Shown here one piece after another: positions 38,880-51,904 of a stretch of 64,000 bases of DNA. The notes under the pieces were generated by a model. That model did no database searches. It saw only the letters and a list, made by a program, of their open reading frames with translations, and was not told the origin of the DNA. This stretch comes from Leucoraja ocellata. Lineage: Eukaryota. Where the stretch lies: the NCBI GenBank assembly GCA_036785375.1, contig JAWMAR010000085.1:7502001-7566000 (forward strand). Reading direction: 5' to 3'. Both the position numbers and the translations under genes were made by a program. The first letter of the stretch is position 1; the number at the start of each line of letters is the position of its first letter.

Positions 38880-39648
38880 CTTACTTGGAGGAGAGAGAGG
38901 GGGAGGGGGGGGAGCAGAGAGAGGGGGAGGAGAGGGAAAGAGGGGGAAAGAGGGGGAGAGAGAGGGTGTGCTGAGAGGGGAGGGGGAGATGTGGGGAGCA
39001 GGGAGGGGGAGGGAGGGGGAGGGAGGAGGAGTGGAGGGAAGGGAGGGGGAGGGGGAGGGGAGAGGAGAGGAGGGGGGGGGGGGAGAGGAGAGGGGGGAGA
39101 GGAAAGGGGGAGGGGAGAGGAAAGGGGGACGGAGAACCTAAAACACGTTTTAGAACCAAAAAAGACACATTCTGCAAGCATTGTAGAACCAAAAGAGACA
39201 CGTTTTGCAAATATTTTAGAACCAATAGACACTTTTTGCAAACATTTTAGAACCAATAGACGCATTCTGCAAGCGTTTTAGAACCACTAAGGACACTTAC
39301 ATTTGAGTAGACATTTGTTCAGTGTTATTCACAGCTCAGAGAAACGTGACCCTCTGCCTTCCTCCATCTCGAAGAGACTATGAGGCACACCACTTCCTGG
39401 TTTTATAGTCCCTCCCCCCCCCCCTGCCGCCAGCAGGGGCAGCAGAGAGAATGGGGAATTTTGTAAAAACATTAATATCTCTGTCATTTTTCATTGACGG
39501 GAAAAATCCTCGGCACATGTACGGCGGAGGGGGGCTCTGAGCAAGGTGGCCAAAAATGACGGCCGTAGGTGGCGACGTTCTCTCGGAAATCGCAGCACAG
39601 ATGGCCAAAACCAGTCAAGAACAGTCTTTTAATAATATATATATATAG
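38880..39648 (-). mobile_element. Probable non-autonomous Helitron 5' portion with internal 30-32-nt tandem repeat and purine/pyrimidine tract
   Basis: Minus strand begins CTATATATATATATTATTAAAAGACTGTTCTTG and shares ATTTTTGG(A)CCACCTT(A/G)CTCA with the element at 55078-55705. Tandem repeat at 39143-39286. Confidence 0.5.
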
Positions 39649-39659
39649 TAGTTCAAAGC

Positions 39660-39753
39660 TCAGAATATATAGTATAATAAACAAGGAAAAGTTCAGTACT
39701 ATATATATATATAGTACTGAACTTTTCCTTGTTTATTATACTATATATTCTGA
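39660..39753. repeat. Perfect 94-bp spacerless palindrome
   Basis: TCAGAATATATAGT...GTACT(AT)6AGTAC...ACTATATATTCTGA, centred between 39706 and 39707. Confidence 0.92.
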
Positions 39754-39820
39754 ACTTTGTTTATTATATGTGTGTGTGTGCGTTTTTCCGTACACAATAC
39801 ACACACACGCACACATATGT

Positions 39821-39853
39821 GTCTGAAGAAGGGTTTCGGCCCGAAACGTTGCC
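39821..39853 (+). ncRNA. Minimal type I hammerhead ribozyme motif (Penelope-associated); best-preserved copy
   Basis: GT-CTGAAGA-A-GGGT-TTCG-GCCC-GAAA-C-GTT-GC: catalytic core, stem II with UUCG loop, palindromic ACGT stem III. Confidence 0.7.
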
Positions 39854-41095
39854 TATTTCCTTCACTTCATAGATGCTGCTGCACCCGCTGAGTTTCTCCA
39901 GCATTTTTGTGTACCACACATATATATGTATACACACACATAAAAACATGCAACAATAGTGCAAAATTAAAACCAATGTAACCAAGTCCTTATAGTTCAG
40001 AGCATATTTGGAGGTTGTAGTATTCAATAGCCTGATGGTTGTTGTGAAGAAGCTGGTACTGATCCTGGATGTTACAGTTTTCAGGCTCCTGTACTTTCTT
40101 CCTGATGAGAGGAGTGAGATGAGAGCGTAGCCAGGGTGGTGTGGTCCCTGATGACGCTGGCTGTCTATTTAAGGCAGCAACTCCCGTAGTTCCGTTCAGT
40201 GGTGGGGAGGTCAGTACTAGTTGAATGTCACAAAAAAATGCAGAAATTGTCACCACAAAATGTGACTGTGTCTGTACAGTAGCTGCTCTGAATAGTCCAA
40301 CCAAACGCCATCATTTTGACATTTTGAAGAAGGGTCTCAAACTGAAACGTCACCTATTCCTTTTCTCCAGAGATGCTGTCTGACCCGCTGAGTTACTCCA
40401 GGTTTTTGTGTCTATCTGCAGTCATTTCGACATATTTGTTATCTACAATCGTGGCATCTATATATTCAACAGACGTTGTTCAGTAATTGCTTGTGGGTTA
40501 GGTCCCTCTGAACTTTCAGTGAACTTCACTTATTAAGAAGTACTTTAGAAATACAAATAGATTGAATTATTTGGCCCCAGTGTAGAATAATATAGCTCAG
40601 GAACAGGTCCAACATGTCTATGCCGGCAAAAATATACCCCATCAAAGTTAGTTCCATTTGTCTGCATTTGACCCATATCCTTCAAAAATTTTCTTATCCA
40701 TGTATTTGTCCAAATGTCTTTTAAATGTTGTTATTGTACCTGCCTCAACTCCCTTCTCTGGCAGCTCGTTCCATAAACCCACCACCCTCTGTGTGAAAAA
40801 GTTGCCCCTCAGGTTCCTATTAAATCTTGCCTCTCTTACCTTAACCCTCATTCCACTGGTTCTTGATTCCCCTGCTTTGGGTAAAAGACCCTATCTATTC
40901 CACTCATGATTTTGTACACCTCCATAAGATCACCCCTCTCCCTCCCGCGCTCGCTCCTGGGAATAAAGCTCTAGCCTGCCCAACCTCTCCCTGTAGTACC
41001 CAGAGAAAACCCATGTGGTCACAGGGAGAACGTACAGACAGCACCTGCGGTCAGGATTGTACCCGGCGTTGTGAGGCAGCAGCTCTACCGCTGCA

Positions 41096-43003
41096 GATTC
41101 AGATTCAATTTAATTGTCATTGTCAGTGTACAGTACAGAGACAACTAAATACATTTAGCATCTCCCTTGAAGAGCGACATAGCAAACGATTTGAATAAAT
41201 AATAATAAGTGTCCGGGGGGGGGGGGGGGGGGGTGGTGATTGGCAGTCACCGAGGTACGTTGTTGAGTAGAGTGACAGCCGCTGGAAAGAAGCTGTTCCT
41301 CGACCTGCTGGTTCGGCAACGGAGAGACCTGTAGCGCCTCCCGGATGGTAGGAGGGTAAACAGTCCATGGTTGGGGTGAGAGCAGTCCTTGGCGATGCTG
41401 AGCGCCCTCCGCAGACAGCGCTTGCTTTGGACAGACTCAATGGAGGGGAGCGAGGAACCGGTGATGCGTTGGGCAATTTTCACCACCCTCTGCAATGCCT
41501 TCCGGTCGGAGACAGAGCAGTTGCCATACCATACTGTGATGCAGTTGGTAAGGATGCTCTCGATGGTGCAGCGGTAGAAGTTCACCAGGATCTGAGGAGA
41601 CAGATGGACCTTCTTCAGTCTCCTCAGGAAGAAGAGACGCTGATGAGCCTTCTTGATCAGAGTAGAGGTATTGTGGGTCCAAGAGAGGTCATCGGAGATG
41701 TTGACTCCCAGGAACCTGAAGCTAGAAACACGTTCCACCTCCGTCCCGTTAATGTGGATGGGGCTGTGCGTGCCGCCTCTGGACTTCCTGAAGTCTACAA
41801 TGAGCTCCTTGGTCTTCTTGGAGTTAAGGGCCAGGTTGTTGTCAGTGCACCATGCTGCTAAGTGCTGGACCTCCTCCATGTAGGCCAGCTCATCGTTGTT
41901 GCTGATGAGGCCAATCACCGTTGTATCATCTGCATACTTGATGATGGTGTTAGTACCATTTACAGGTGTGCAGTCATAGGTGAAGAGGGAGTAGAGGAGG
42001 GGGCTCAGCACACAGCCCTGAGGAACGCCGGTGTTCAGAGTGAGGGTTGAAGAGGTGTGCTTGTCTAACCTCACAGACTGGGGTCTGTTGGTTAGAAAGT
42101 CCAGTATCCAGTTGCAGAGGGAGGGGTCGATGCCCAGGTTACCGAGTTTGGTGATCAGTTTTGATGGAATAATGGTGTTGAATGCTGAGCTGTAATCGAT
42201 GAACAGCATTCTTACATAAGTGTCTCTGTTGTCGAGGTGGGAGAGGGCGGAGTGAAGTGCCGTTGAGATGGCATCCTCCGTACTCCTGTTCTTGCGGTAG
42301 GCAAACTGATAGGGATCCAGTGTGGGGGGTAGGCAGCTTTTGAGGTGTGCCAGGACCAGCCTCTCGAAGCACTTGGTGATGATGGGGGTAAGTGCAACTG
42401 GGCGGAAGTCGTTGAGGCTTGCCGCAGTGGAGTGTTTTGGCACTGGCACGATGGAGGTGGCTTTAAGGCAAGTGGGGACCACTGTTTGGGCAAGTGACAG
42501 GTTGAAGATGTCAGTCCAGACGTCTGTCAGCTGCGCAGCACAGGCCCTGAGCACGCGCCCGGGGATGCCATCAGGGCCAGCAGCCTTACGTGCATTAGTC
42601 CTACTCAGTGCCACGTACACGTCGTAGGGGGTGAGTGTGAGGGGTTGGTGATCGGCAGGTAGCACAGCCTTGATGGCTGTCTCTAGATTGTCCCTGTCGA
42701 AGCGGCCATAGAAGTGATTAAGCTCCTCAAGGAAGGAGGCGTCGCTGGATGTGGGGGTGATGTTGGAGGGTCTGTAGTCCGTGATGGCCTGGATGCCTTG
42801 CCACATGCGTCGGGGGTCGGAGTTGTTGTTGAAGTGCTCCTCAATCCTGAGCTTATGGCAGTGCTTGGCCTTCCTGATGCCCCTCTTCAGGTTAGCCCTG
42901 GATGAACTGTAGGCTCGAGCATCGCCTGACCTGAAAGCGGTGTCCCGTGCTTTCAGCAGTAGATCCCGTGCTTTCAGCAGTAGTCCCGTGCTTTCAGCAG
43001 TAG
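41096..43003 (-). mobile_element. Young Rex/Babar LINE, 5'-truncated, with uninterrupted RT ORF, inserted in a SINE
   Basis: ORF 41247-43025 contains [33 protein letters not shown] and YADD. (CAGATT)n tail on the + strand; TGCA duplicated at 41092 and 43006. The annotated ATG lies in flanking DNA. Confidence 0.93.
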
Positions 43004-43554
43004 AATGCACAACTGTGTTGCTCATGTTGAGAGGAAATGGTTCAAGTCTCAGTCTGAGGCCTGGCTGGAGATTGATGGTGTGACAGATGTCTGCGACATC
43101 ACCTCATGCCTGTAGCTTCAATGAGGTTAAAAAGTGGTCAACAGATTTAATCATGCACATCATTTGCATCAGTGAAACCAAGTGTACGGTAACATCCTCT
43201 ATCTGTTGGTGCAATTGTTCCGATAACCTATATGTTCAATGTGTAGAGAAACAAAGAACTGCAGATGTGGTTAAAACATAAAAACGTTACTTTCAACTAT
43301 AGAGATACAGCTCGGAAACAGGCCCTTCAGCCACCGAGTGATGAATGATCCCCATACACTAGCACTACCCTACACACTAGTGACAATTTACAATTTTTAC
43401 CAAAGATAATTAACCTACAAAGCTGCATGTCTTTGTCGTGTGAGAGGAAACCCGGAGCACCTGGAGAAAACCCACACTGTCATGGGGAGAATGTATAAAC
43501 TCCGTACAGACAGCACCCATAATCAGGATCAAGCCTAGGTCTTAGGCGCTGGAA

Positions 43555-43849
43555 AAGCCCTGTCCCACTGTACGGGTTCATTCAAGAGCTCTCCCAAGTT
43601 TTAAAAAAATCAAACTCGTGGAAGCACGTAGCGGGTACGTCAGAGCTCAGGGACATCTCTTAGAGGCTCATAACGCTAACAGCAGGTACTCGGGAAACGC
43701 GGTAAGCTCGGGAAGACTCATGAAGATTTTTCAACATGTTGAAAAATGTCCACGAGAGCCCCGAGTACCTACGAGCGGCCATTACCGTAAATCTCCGAGT
43801 TCGAATCAGGGAGAACTCTTGAATGAACTCGTACAGTGAGACAGGGCTT
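43555..43849. mobile_element. PIF/Harbinger-like MITE inserted in a SINE
   Basis: About 40-bp imperfect TIRs (AAGCCCTGTCCCACTGTACG... / ...CGTACAGTGAGACAGGGCTT). It interrupts the SINE sequence GGCGCTGTAAGGCAGC at TAA (left flank now GAA). Confidence 0.75.
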
Positions 43850-44565
43850 TAAGGCAGCACCTCTACCGCTGTGCCACCGTGCTGCCCTAGTTTGCGAGAT
43901 GTGTTGTGGAGACTGCAGCCCTGATATGGAGGATGCCTTGTGTTGGTGCGTAAACAGCCCAGCTGGTACATTCGTGGTTGAAAAAGGATTCTGTGGATCA
44001 GGATGAGAGAATTCATTACGTTGTTGTGTATAGCAGGCTGCTGGAACTGGAATTTCTTGCTTCAAGAGCGAACTGACATGTGAATTAAACTCAGAAGAGG
44101 GAGTGGCAGTCAAGAAATCTGACAAAGATTACCTTTAGATAAAGGCACAAAATGCTGGAGTAACGCAACGGATCAGGCAGAATCTCCGGAGAACATGGGT
44201 ATATGATGTTTCAGGTCGGGACCCTTCTTCACATTCTGATCAGTCTGAAGTTCCTTGTTTTTAAAGATTACCTTAACCAAGTTAACTTAAACACAGCAGC
44301 ATAGCTGATGGAGCTGCTGCCTCACAATGCTTGAGACCCGGGTTCGATCCTGACCTCGGGTGCTGTCTATGTGTGAAGTTTGCACGTTCTCACTGCGACT
44401 GCCTGGGTTTCCTCCAGGTGCACTGGGTTCCTCCCACATCCCAAAGATGTGCGGGTTTGTAGGTTAATTGGCCCTCTGTAAATCACCCCTGGTGTGTAGG
44501 GAGTGGATGAGAAAGCGGGATAAAATTGAACTTGTGTGAACGTGTGATTTATGGTCGGCATGTAC

Positions 44566-46165
44566 ATAGAAACAAAGAAACATAGAAACATAGAAAATAG
44601 GTGCACGAGTAGGCCCTGCACCGCCACTTCGAGCCTGCACCGCTATTCAATATGATCATCCAACTCGGTATCCTGTACCTGCCTTCTCTCCATACCCCCT
44701 GATCCCTTTAGCCACAAGGGCCTCTTAACTCCCTCTTAAATATAGCCAATGAACTGGCCTCAACTACCTTCTGTGGCAGAGAATTCCAGAGATTCACCAC
44801 TCTCTGTGTGAAAAATGGTTTTCTCATCTCGGTCCTAAAAGATTACCCCCTTATCCTTAAACTGTGACCCCTTGTTCTGGACTTCCCCAACATCGGCAAC
44901 AATCTTCCTGCATCTAGCCTGTCCAACCCCTTAAGAATTTTGTAAGTTTCTATAAGATCCCCCCCTCAATCTTCTAAATTCTAGTGAGTACAAGCCGAGT
45001 CTATCCAGTCTTTCTTCGTATGAAAGTCCTGACATCCCAGGAATCAGTCTGGTGAACCTTCTCTGTACTCCCTCTATGGCAAAAATGTCTTTCCTCAGAT
45101 TAGGAGACCAAAACTGTACGCAATACTCCAGGTGCGGTCTCACCAAGACCCGGTACAACTGCAGTAGAACCTCCCTGCTCCTATACTCAAATCCTTTTGC
45201 TATGAATGCTGACATACCATTCGCCTTCTTCACTACCTGCTGCACCTGCATGCCTACTTTCAATGACTGGTGTACCATGACACCCAGGTCTCGTTGCATC
45301 TCCCCTTTTCCTAATCGGCTACCATTCAGATAATAGTCTAATTTCCTGTTTTTGTCACCAAAGTGGATAACCTCACATTTATCCACATTATACTGCATCT
45401 GCCATGCATTTGCCCACTCACCCAGCCTGTCCAAGTCACCTTGCAGCCTCCTAGCATCCTCCTCACAGCTAACACTGCCACCCAGCTTCGTGTCATCCGC
45501 AAACTTGGAGATGTTGCATTCAATTCCCTCGTCCAAATCATTAACATATATTGTAAATAGCTGGGGTCCCAGCACTGAGCCTTGCGGTACCCCACTAGTC
45601 ACTGCCTGCGATTCTGAAAAGGACCCGTTTACTCCTACTCTTTGCTTCCTGTCTGCCAGCCAGTTCTCTATCCATATCAATACTGAACCCCCAATACTGT
45701 GTGCTTTAAGTTTGTATACTAATCTCTTATGTGGGACCTTGTCGAAAGCCTTCTGAAAGTCCAGATATAACACATCCACTGGTTCTCCCTTATCCACTCT
45801 ACTAGTTACATCCTCGAAAAATTCTATGAGATTTGTCAGACATGATTTACCTTTCATAAATCCATGCTGACTTTGTCCAATGATTTCACCACTTTCCAAA
45901 TGTGCTGCTATCCCATCTTTAATAACTGACTCTAGCAGTTTCCCCACTACCGATGTTAGACTAACTGGTCTGTAATTCCCCGTTTTCTCTCTCCCTCCAT
46001 TTTTAAAAAGTGGTGTTACATTAGCTTCCCTCCAATCCTCAGGAACTACTCCAGAATCTAAAGAGTTTTGAAAAATTATCACTAATGCATCCACTATTTC
46101 TGGGGCTACTTCCTTAAGTACTCTGGGATGCAGCCTATCTGGCCCTGGGGATTTATCGGCCTTTA
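44566..46165 (-). mobile_element. CR1 LINE, 5'-truncated
   Basis: ORF 44931-46175 contains KSPGPD, NYRPVSLTS, LDFQKAFDKV, GVPQGSVLGP and FADD. (TTTCTATG)n tail. Confidence 0.93.
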
Positions 46166-47979
46166 CTCGGTACAATATATATTAGGAGAAGATGATAGAA
46201 AGTTTTATCTTAACTTTTGGGAATAGATTGTTTAGTTTCAAGTTTAGTTTTTAGATATTTAAAATATAACACCAGAATGTCAAATGGAGACACAAGGAAT
46301 TGCAGAAGCTGGAATTGTGAATGAAACACAAAGTTAGTTCCCAGAGATCCTTTAGCAGTTTGTGTTTTTACCAAAATATCACAATTTGTTTAGACTCTAG
46401 ATTTTAGAGATACAGCACGGGAAACAGGCCCTACGGCCCACCGACTCAGAGGTTGTCGGAGGTTTTGGGGAGAAGGCAGGAGAATGGGATTAGGAGGAGA
46501 GATATAGATCAGCCATGATTGAATTGGTGGAGTAGACTTGATGGGCAGAATGTAATTCTATTTCTTGTGACCTTATGACTCGACGTTGACCAGCGATCAC
46601 CCTGTGCACTAGCACTATCTTGCACACTAGGGACAATTTACAACTTACAGAAACCAATTAACCTACAAACCTGCACCTCTTTGGAGGAGGGGTGGGAACC
46701 AGAGCACCCGAAGAAAACCCATGTGGTCATGGGGAGAAGGTACAAACTCCGTACAGACAGCACCCATTGTCAGGATTGAACATGATCTCTACCGCTGCGT
46801 CACTGTGCCGAACATTTATTTGCTGCTTGTTTTATTTACCTATGGACCCGATCTTTCCCTCATGGAAACAGGGTCTCAAGATTAATATTAAAGACACTTG
46901 AAGGCATCAAATACATCTTACTGATAACCTTTACAAAGTTAAATTGAAGTTTGAACTCTTTAGACTTAAATCGAGGTCTCTCTGAGCTTGAGGTAAGGTG
47001 TCGAGTTTCCTCTATTATTCTGCTGATATCGGCAGGGTTGAGGACACAAAAGTCTTGCAGCTGAGGTTTAGCACTTGATCCAAATTCGGAAGCCACTTCC
47101 TGTATTAGATTATTTAGTACATTACAATGAATAAAGATAATGTTAAATGAAGCAAGCTTGCATCCATCTCTGCAGCCATCCAATTGCTTGTGAGAGTCAG
47201 AGACATGCAGCATGGAGCAGGCCCTTCAGCCCAACCTGCCCATGCCGACCAATATGACCCATCTAAGCTTGCCCCACATGCCTGCATTTGGCCCATATCT
47301 CTCTAAACCTGCAATGTACATACCTAAATATTTTTAAAATGCTAAAAATTGTAAATTGCCCCTAGTGTGTAGGATAATGCTCGTGTATCGGGTGATCGCT
47401 GGTTGGCGCGGACTCCGTGTAGGGCCGAAGAGCCTGTTTCCGCACTGTATCTCTAAACAAAACTAAAGCTGCATCACAATTTCCTGACTCTTATACTCAA
47501 TGCCTCGACCGCTGAAGGCGAACATACCATATGCCTTCTTTACCAACATCTTTCAATACCCGAGACCAATCCCAAGGTGTTCCTTCACCTAGCATTTAAT
47601 TAACATAGAAAACATTCAGGAGTGTCACAGGGCATCAGTTTAACTGTGTTGCTGCTTCTCAAATGTGTCTGATGAAGATTGAAGAGAATAATTTAAATAA
47701 ACTGCTTGATATTTAACAAGAACACAGCATTAGATACCCATTAGATGGTCACAGTCTGTATCCCACTGGAAATCAAAGTTATTAGGTACATTGTCATTAT
47801 GAGCAGTTTGACTTAATTACCTACCTTTCTCCCGGTTGGCTACTGGGACGTTTGTTGAAGCTCGCTATTCACTTCTGGGCTTTCCAGAGACTCTACTTAA
47901 CATACCAGTAACTATTACAAAATAGTGGTCTTAAATATTATCTTCATAAGAAACAAGATCAGGTTTAGTTCATGTAGAC

Positions 47980-48858
47980 ATACAAATCCACTGACTCCCA
48001 CAACTATCTCGACTACACTTCCTCACACCCTGCTTCTGCAAAGACTCTATCCCCTACTCCCACTAGCCATATTTTCCCTGCTCCACCCCTTTCCGCCTTC
48101 CGCAGAGACTGTTCCCTCCGCAGTTCCCTGGTTAACTCATCCTTTCCCACCCAAACCACCCCCTACCCAGGTACCTTCCCCAGCACCGCAGAAGATGCAA
48201 CACCTGTCGCTATACCTCCTCCCTCGACTCTGTCCAGGGACCCCGACAGTCCTTTCAGGTTCGGCAGAGGTTCACTTGCACCTCCTCCAACCTCATTTAC
48301 TGTGTCGGTTGTTCAAGATGTGGGCTCTTATACATCGGTGAAACCAAACGCAGACTGGGCGATTGTTTCGCGGAACACCTTCGCTCAGCCCACGTAAACC
48401 AACCTGATCTCCCGGTTGCCGGACACTTAATTCTCCTTCCCATTCCTGCACTTTCTGTCCTCTGTCCCCTCCATTGTCAGTGAGGCTAAATGCAAATTGG
48501 AGGAACATCATCTTATATTTCGCTTGGGCAGCTTACAGCCCTGTGGTATGAATATTGATTTCTCTCACTTCACGTAGCCCGGCATTCCCTCTCTCTCGAT
48601 CCCTCCCCCACCCAAGTCGCACTAGCTTCTCATTTTCACCCTACAAACAGCTTACAAGGGTCTGTTTCCTTTATCATCGTTACTTTTTTGCATATCTTTC
48701 ATTCATTCTTCTTTATCTCTCTACATCATCTATATATCTTGTTTCCCTTATCCCTAACCAGCCTGAAGAAGGGTCTCGACCTGAAACATCACCCATTCCT
48801 TATCTCCAGAGATGCTGCCTGTCCCGCTGAGTTACTTCAGCTTATTGTGTCTATCTTA
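47980..48858 (+). mobile_element. Penelope-like element remnant (RT end, GIY-YIG, hammerhead motif)
   Basis: KSTDSHNYLDYTSSHP near 47983; FTCTSSNLIYCVGCSRCGLLYIGETKRRL near 48270; CTGAAGAAGGGTCTCGACCTGAAAC at 48763. Confidence 0.85.
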
Positions 48859-49628
48859 GTTCATGTAGAAGTCTCTTCCCCGGCCAACAATGGGCTCCAC
48901 CCTTCCTTGGCCATCTGCTACTGGCCCTGATTTGTTCTGGCCTTTTCCTACCTTCAGTTCCTCCCCCTTTATTTTCAGTCTTATGAAGGGTCTTGACCCG
49001 AAACATCACCCAACCTTTTTCTCCAGAGATGCTACCTGACCCATTGAGTTACTCCAGCATTTTGTGTATTTGAAGGTTTATCTTGGATTTGCTCAACAAT
49101 ACCACAGCACATGAGGCAAATATTCAGTTGTTAAATAAGCCTTTTTTTTAATTGATTCCACATTTTTTTTGGGATTGTTTTAGAATTCATTGTGTAACAG
49201 TGGCGCAGCAGTAGATCTGCTACCTCACAACACTAGAGATCCAGGTTCGATCCTGACCTTGGGTGTTGTCTATGTGTGGAGTTTACATGTTCTCCCTGAG
49301 ACCGCATGGGTTTCCTCGGGTTGGTCCGGTTTCCTTCCACATCCTGAAGACGTGCGAGTTTGTAGGTTAATTGGCCGTCTGTAAATTGCCCCTAGTGTGC
49401 AGAATAGAACTAGTGCACGGGTGATCACTGGTCGCTGCGGACTCCGTGGGCCCAAGGGCCTGTTTCCACGCTGTACCTCTAAACTAAACTAATTGTATCT
49501 ATATGTATTTTGGATAAGTTGTTGGCTTGCTTTTTTAGAATAAAGTTTTGCTTGTGTTGGAATGATTTTGTGAGGGGATCGAGAGAGCATGCAGCTGTAG
49601 TTCCTCACCTGTTTATTTCTGGTTACAG

Positions 49629-50006
49629 AGACGTGTATCGCTCAAAGGAAGGTGATATTACCAGAAGGGCCCCTTTATCGAGCCGAAGGGCGTCACGTCA
49701 TGATTGAGTGTGAGGTGCAGGGAACACAGCCGTCGCAAGAGCAGAGCTTCGAGTGGTCTGTCACACTCCAGGAGAAGCCTTCGTGGGCCGTCCAGATCAT
49801 CAGCACTCATGATCCTGACTACACGTACGCCATGTACGGTCAAAGAGTGGAGTCTGGGGAGATCTACGTGGAGAGAATCACAAGCAAGTCTGTGCGGCTA
49901 CACATCACCAACCTGCGGAAGAGCGATGAAGGGGAGTACATGTGCCAAACTCCCAACATGGAGGAGATATACTGGGGATCTTACAATGCAATCACTAAGT
50001 TAACAG
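49629..50006 (+). CDS. CD101(IGSF2)/IGSF3-like exon, Ig1
   Basis: Acceptor ggttacag|AG and donor ACAG|gtaggt. Reads QRKVILPEGPLYRAEG...EQSFEWS...VQIIST...DEGEYMCQTPN...GSYNA, typical of the EWI N-terminal domain. Confidence 0.92.
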
Positions 50007-51904
50007 GTAGGTTACCTCTACTTTCTGTTCAGCTGTCAGGTCACACAGCGCAGGATGGAATAACGGTTAGACCGCATTGGGAGTATTACTCAACAGGTCA
50101 GGCAGTGCCTGTGGAGAGAAAAACAGACTCAATATTTCAATATTTTCCCCAATCAGAATGTTATCTTCAGGTTTCCAGCATGAAGCAATCTGTAACGTTC
50201 TATTACAAAACCTACCAGTATGTCAAATAGCAATATTGTGTAATTCTATTAAATGTTTTAAATCCACCAAGAAGTGCAGATAGATTCTTGTCAGCAGGTA
50301 TGACTATGAGATTTGTGAGACGGTACTGAGACGGTGGGCATAGGTCACAGAGTTATACAACACAGAAACAGGCCCTTTGGCCCAACTCACACATGCCGAC
50401 CAAGATGGGACTACATTTGGCCCATATCACTCTCAACCTTTCTTGTCCTTATACATGCCCAAATGACTTTTAAATATTGTTCTTGTACCTGCCTCAACTA
50501 CCTCCTTCGGCACCTTGTTCCATGTACTCGCCACCCTCTGTGTGAAAAAGTTGCCCCTCGGGTTCCCATTAAACCTTTCTCCCCTCATCTTAAATCTATG
50601 TTCTCTGGTTCTTGATTCCCCTACTCTGGGTAAAAGATTCCCTGTATTCACACTATCTATTTCCCCTCATGATTTTATACACCTTTATAAGACCACCCCT
50701 CGTCCTCTTGCACTCCAAGTCCTAACCTTCCCAACCTCTCCCTATAACTCAGGCCGCCAAGTCCTGGCAACATTCTCATAAATCTTCTCTGCACTCTTTC
50801 CAGGTCAATGACATACCTCCTACATCAGGGTGAACGGAAGGAATTAAACACCATATATAATCCATATGCTGCCTCACCAATGTGTTGTGTGATTAGTTTA
50901 GAAATACTGCGTGGAAACAGCCCGTTTGGCCCGACGAGTCTATGCCAACCAGCGAACACCCATTTGTTCTATGCTATCCCAGTTTTGCATCCACTCCCTA
51001 CACACTAGGGGCAATTTATTGAAACCAATTAACCTACAAACCTGCTCGTCTTTGGGATGTGTGAGGAAACCAGAGCACCAGGAGGAAACCCACACGTTTA
51101 CAGTCAGTATGTGCAAACTCCATGCAGACATCATCCATGGTCAGGATAAAATCCCTGCCGCTCTTATGCCATTGTGCAACTGTAGCATAACACCCACACC
51201 TCTATACACTTCTTGAAACAGACTAAAGGAGCTCATCTGAGGAAGGCTGAGAATCACGCACATTGGTGTGAGCTGCTTTCTTTCCTAAAGGGCATTTGAG
51301 AAAAGGTTAAAGAGACTGGTATACTATTTGAGCTTCAGATTTATTCAAGCGTAGCCTAATTCCTGCGTACACACAAGCACTTTCCACTCAGAATCCCTAG
51401 AGCAACATTCCTATCCAATTTAGGATTATCATAGATCAAAAATGATAGGAGTAGAATTAGGCCATTCGGCCCATCAAGTCTACGCCGCCATTCAATCATG
51501 GCTCGTATCTCTCCCTCCTAACCCCATTCTCCTGCCTTCTCCCCATAACCTCTGACACCCATACTAATCAAGAATCTATCTATCTCTGCCTTAAATGGCA
51601 GAGAAATAAGACGGGGATAATTGGCTTGACGTATGATGAGGGTTTGACGGCACTGGGCCTGCACTCACTGGAGTTTAGAAGGATGAAAGGACGTGTCATT
51701 GAAACTTTCCAAATAGTGAAAGGCCTAGAAAGGATAGATGCAGAGGGAAAGATAGATCAGAAATCATTGAATGGCGGCGTAGATTTGATGGTCAAATGGC
51801 CTAATGACTAATGAACTTATCAGGGAACTACTGAGATCCTGTACGTGCCTTGTATATATGCGATGTGATGTCTTCAAGTGATTCTAAGACATGTCATTCT
51901 CTAG

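Noticed and set aside
38873-39281. Pro/Gly-rich ORFs (also 52758-53234)
   Set aside because: Translations of low-complexity G/A tracts inside repeats.
39143-39286. CRISPR-like array
   Set aside because: Contiguous degenerate tandem units with no unique spacers, in eukaryotic DNA with no cas genes.
50007-50230. ORF extensions past the Ig exons as real coding sequence
   Set aside because: Canonical phase-1 donors end each domain; the extensions read into intron and repeat sequence.
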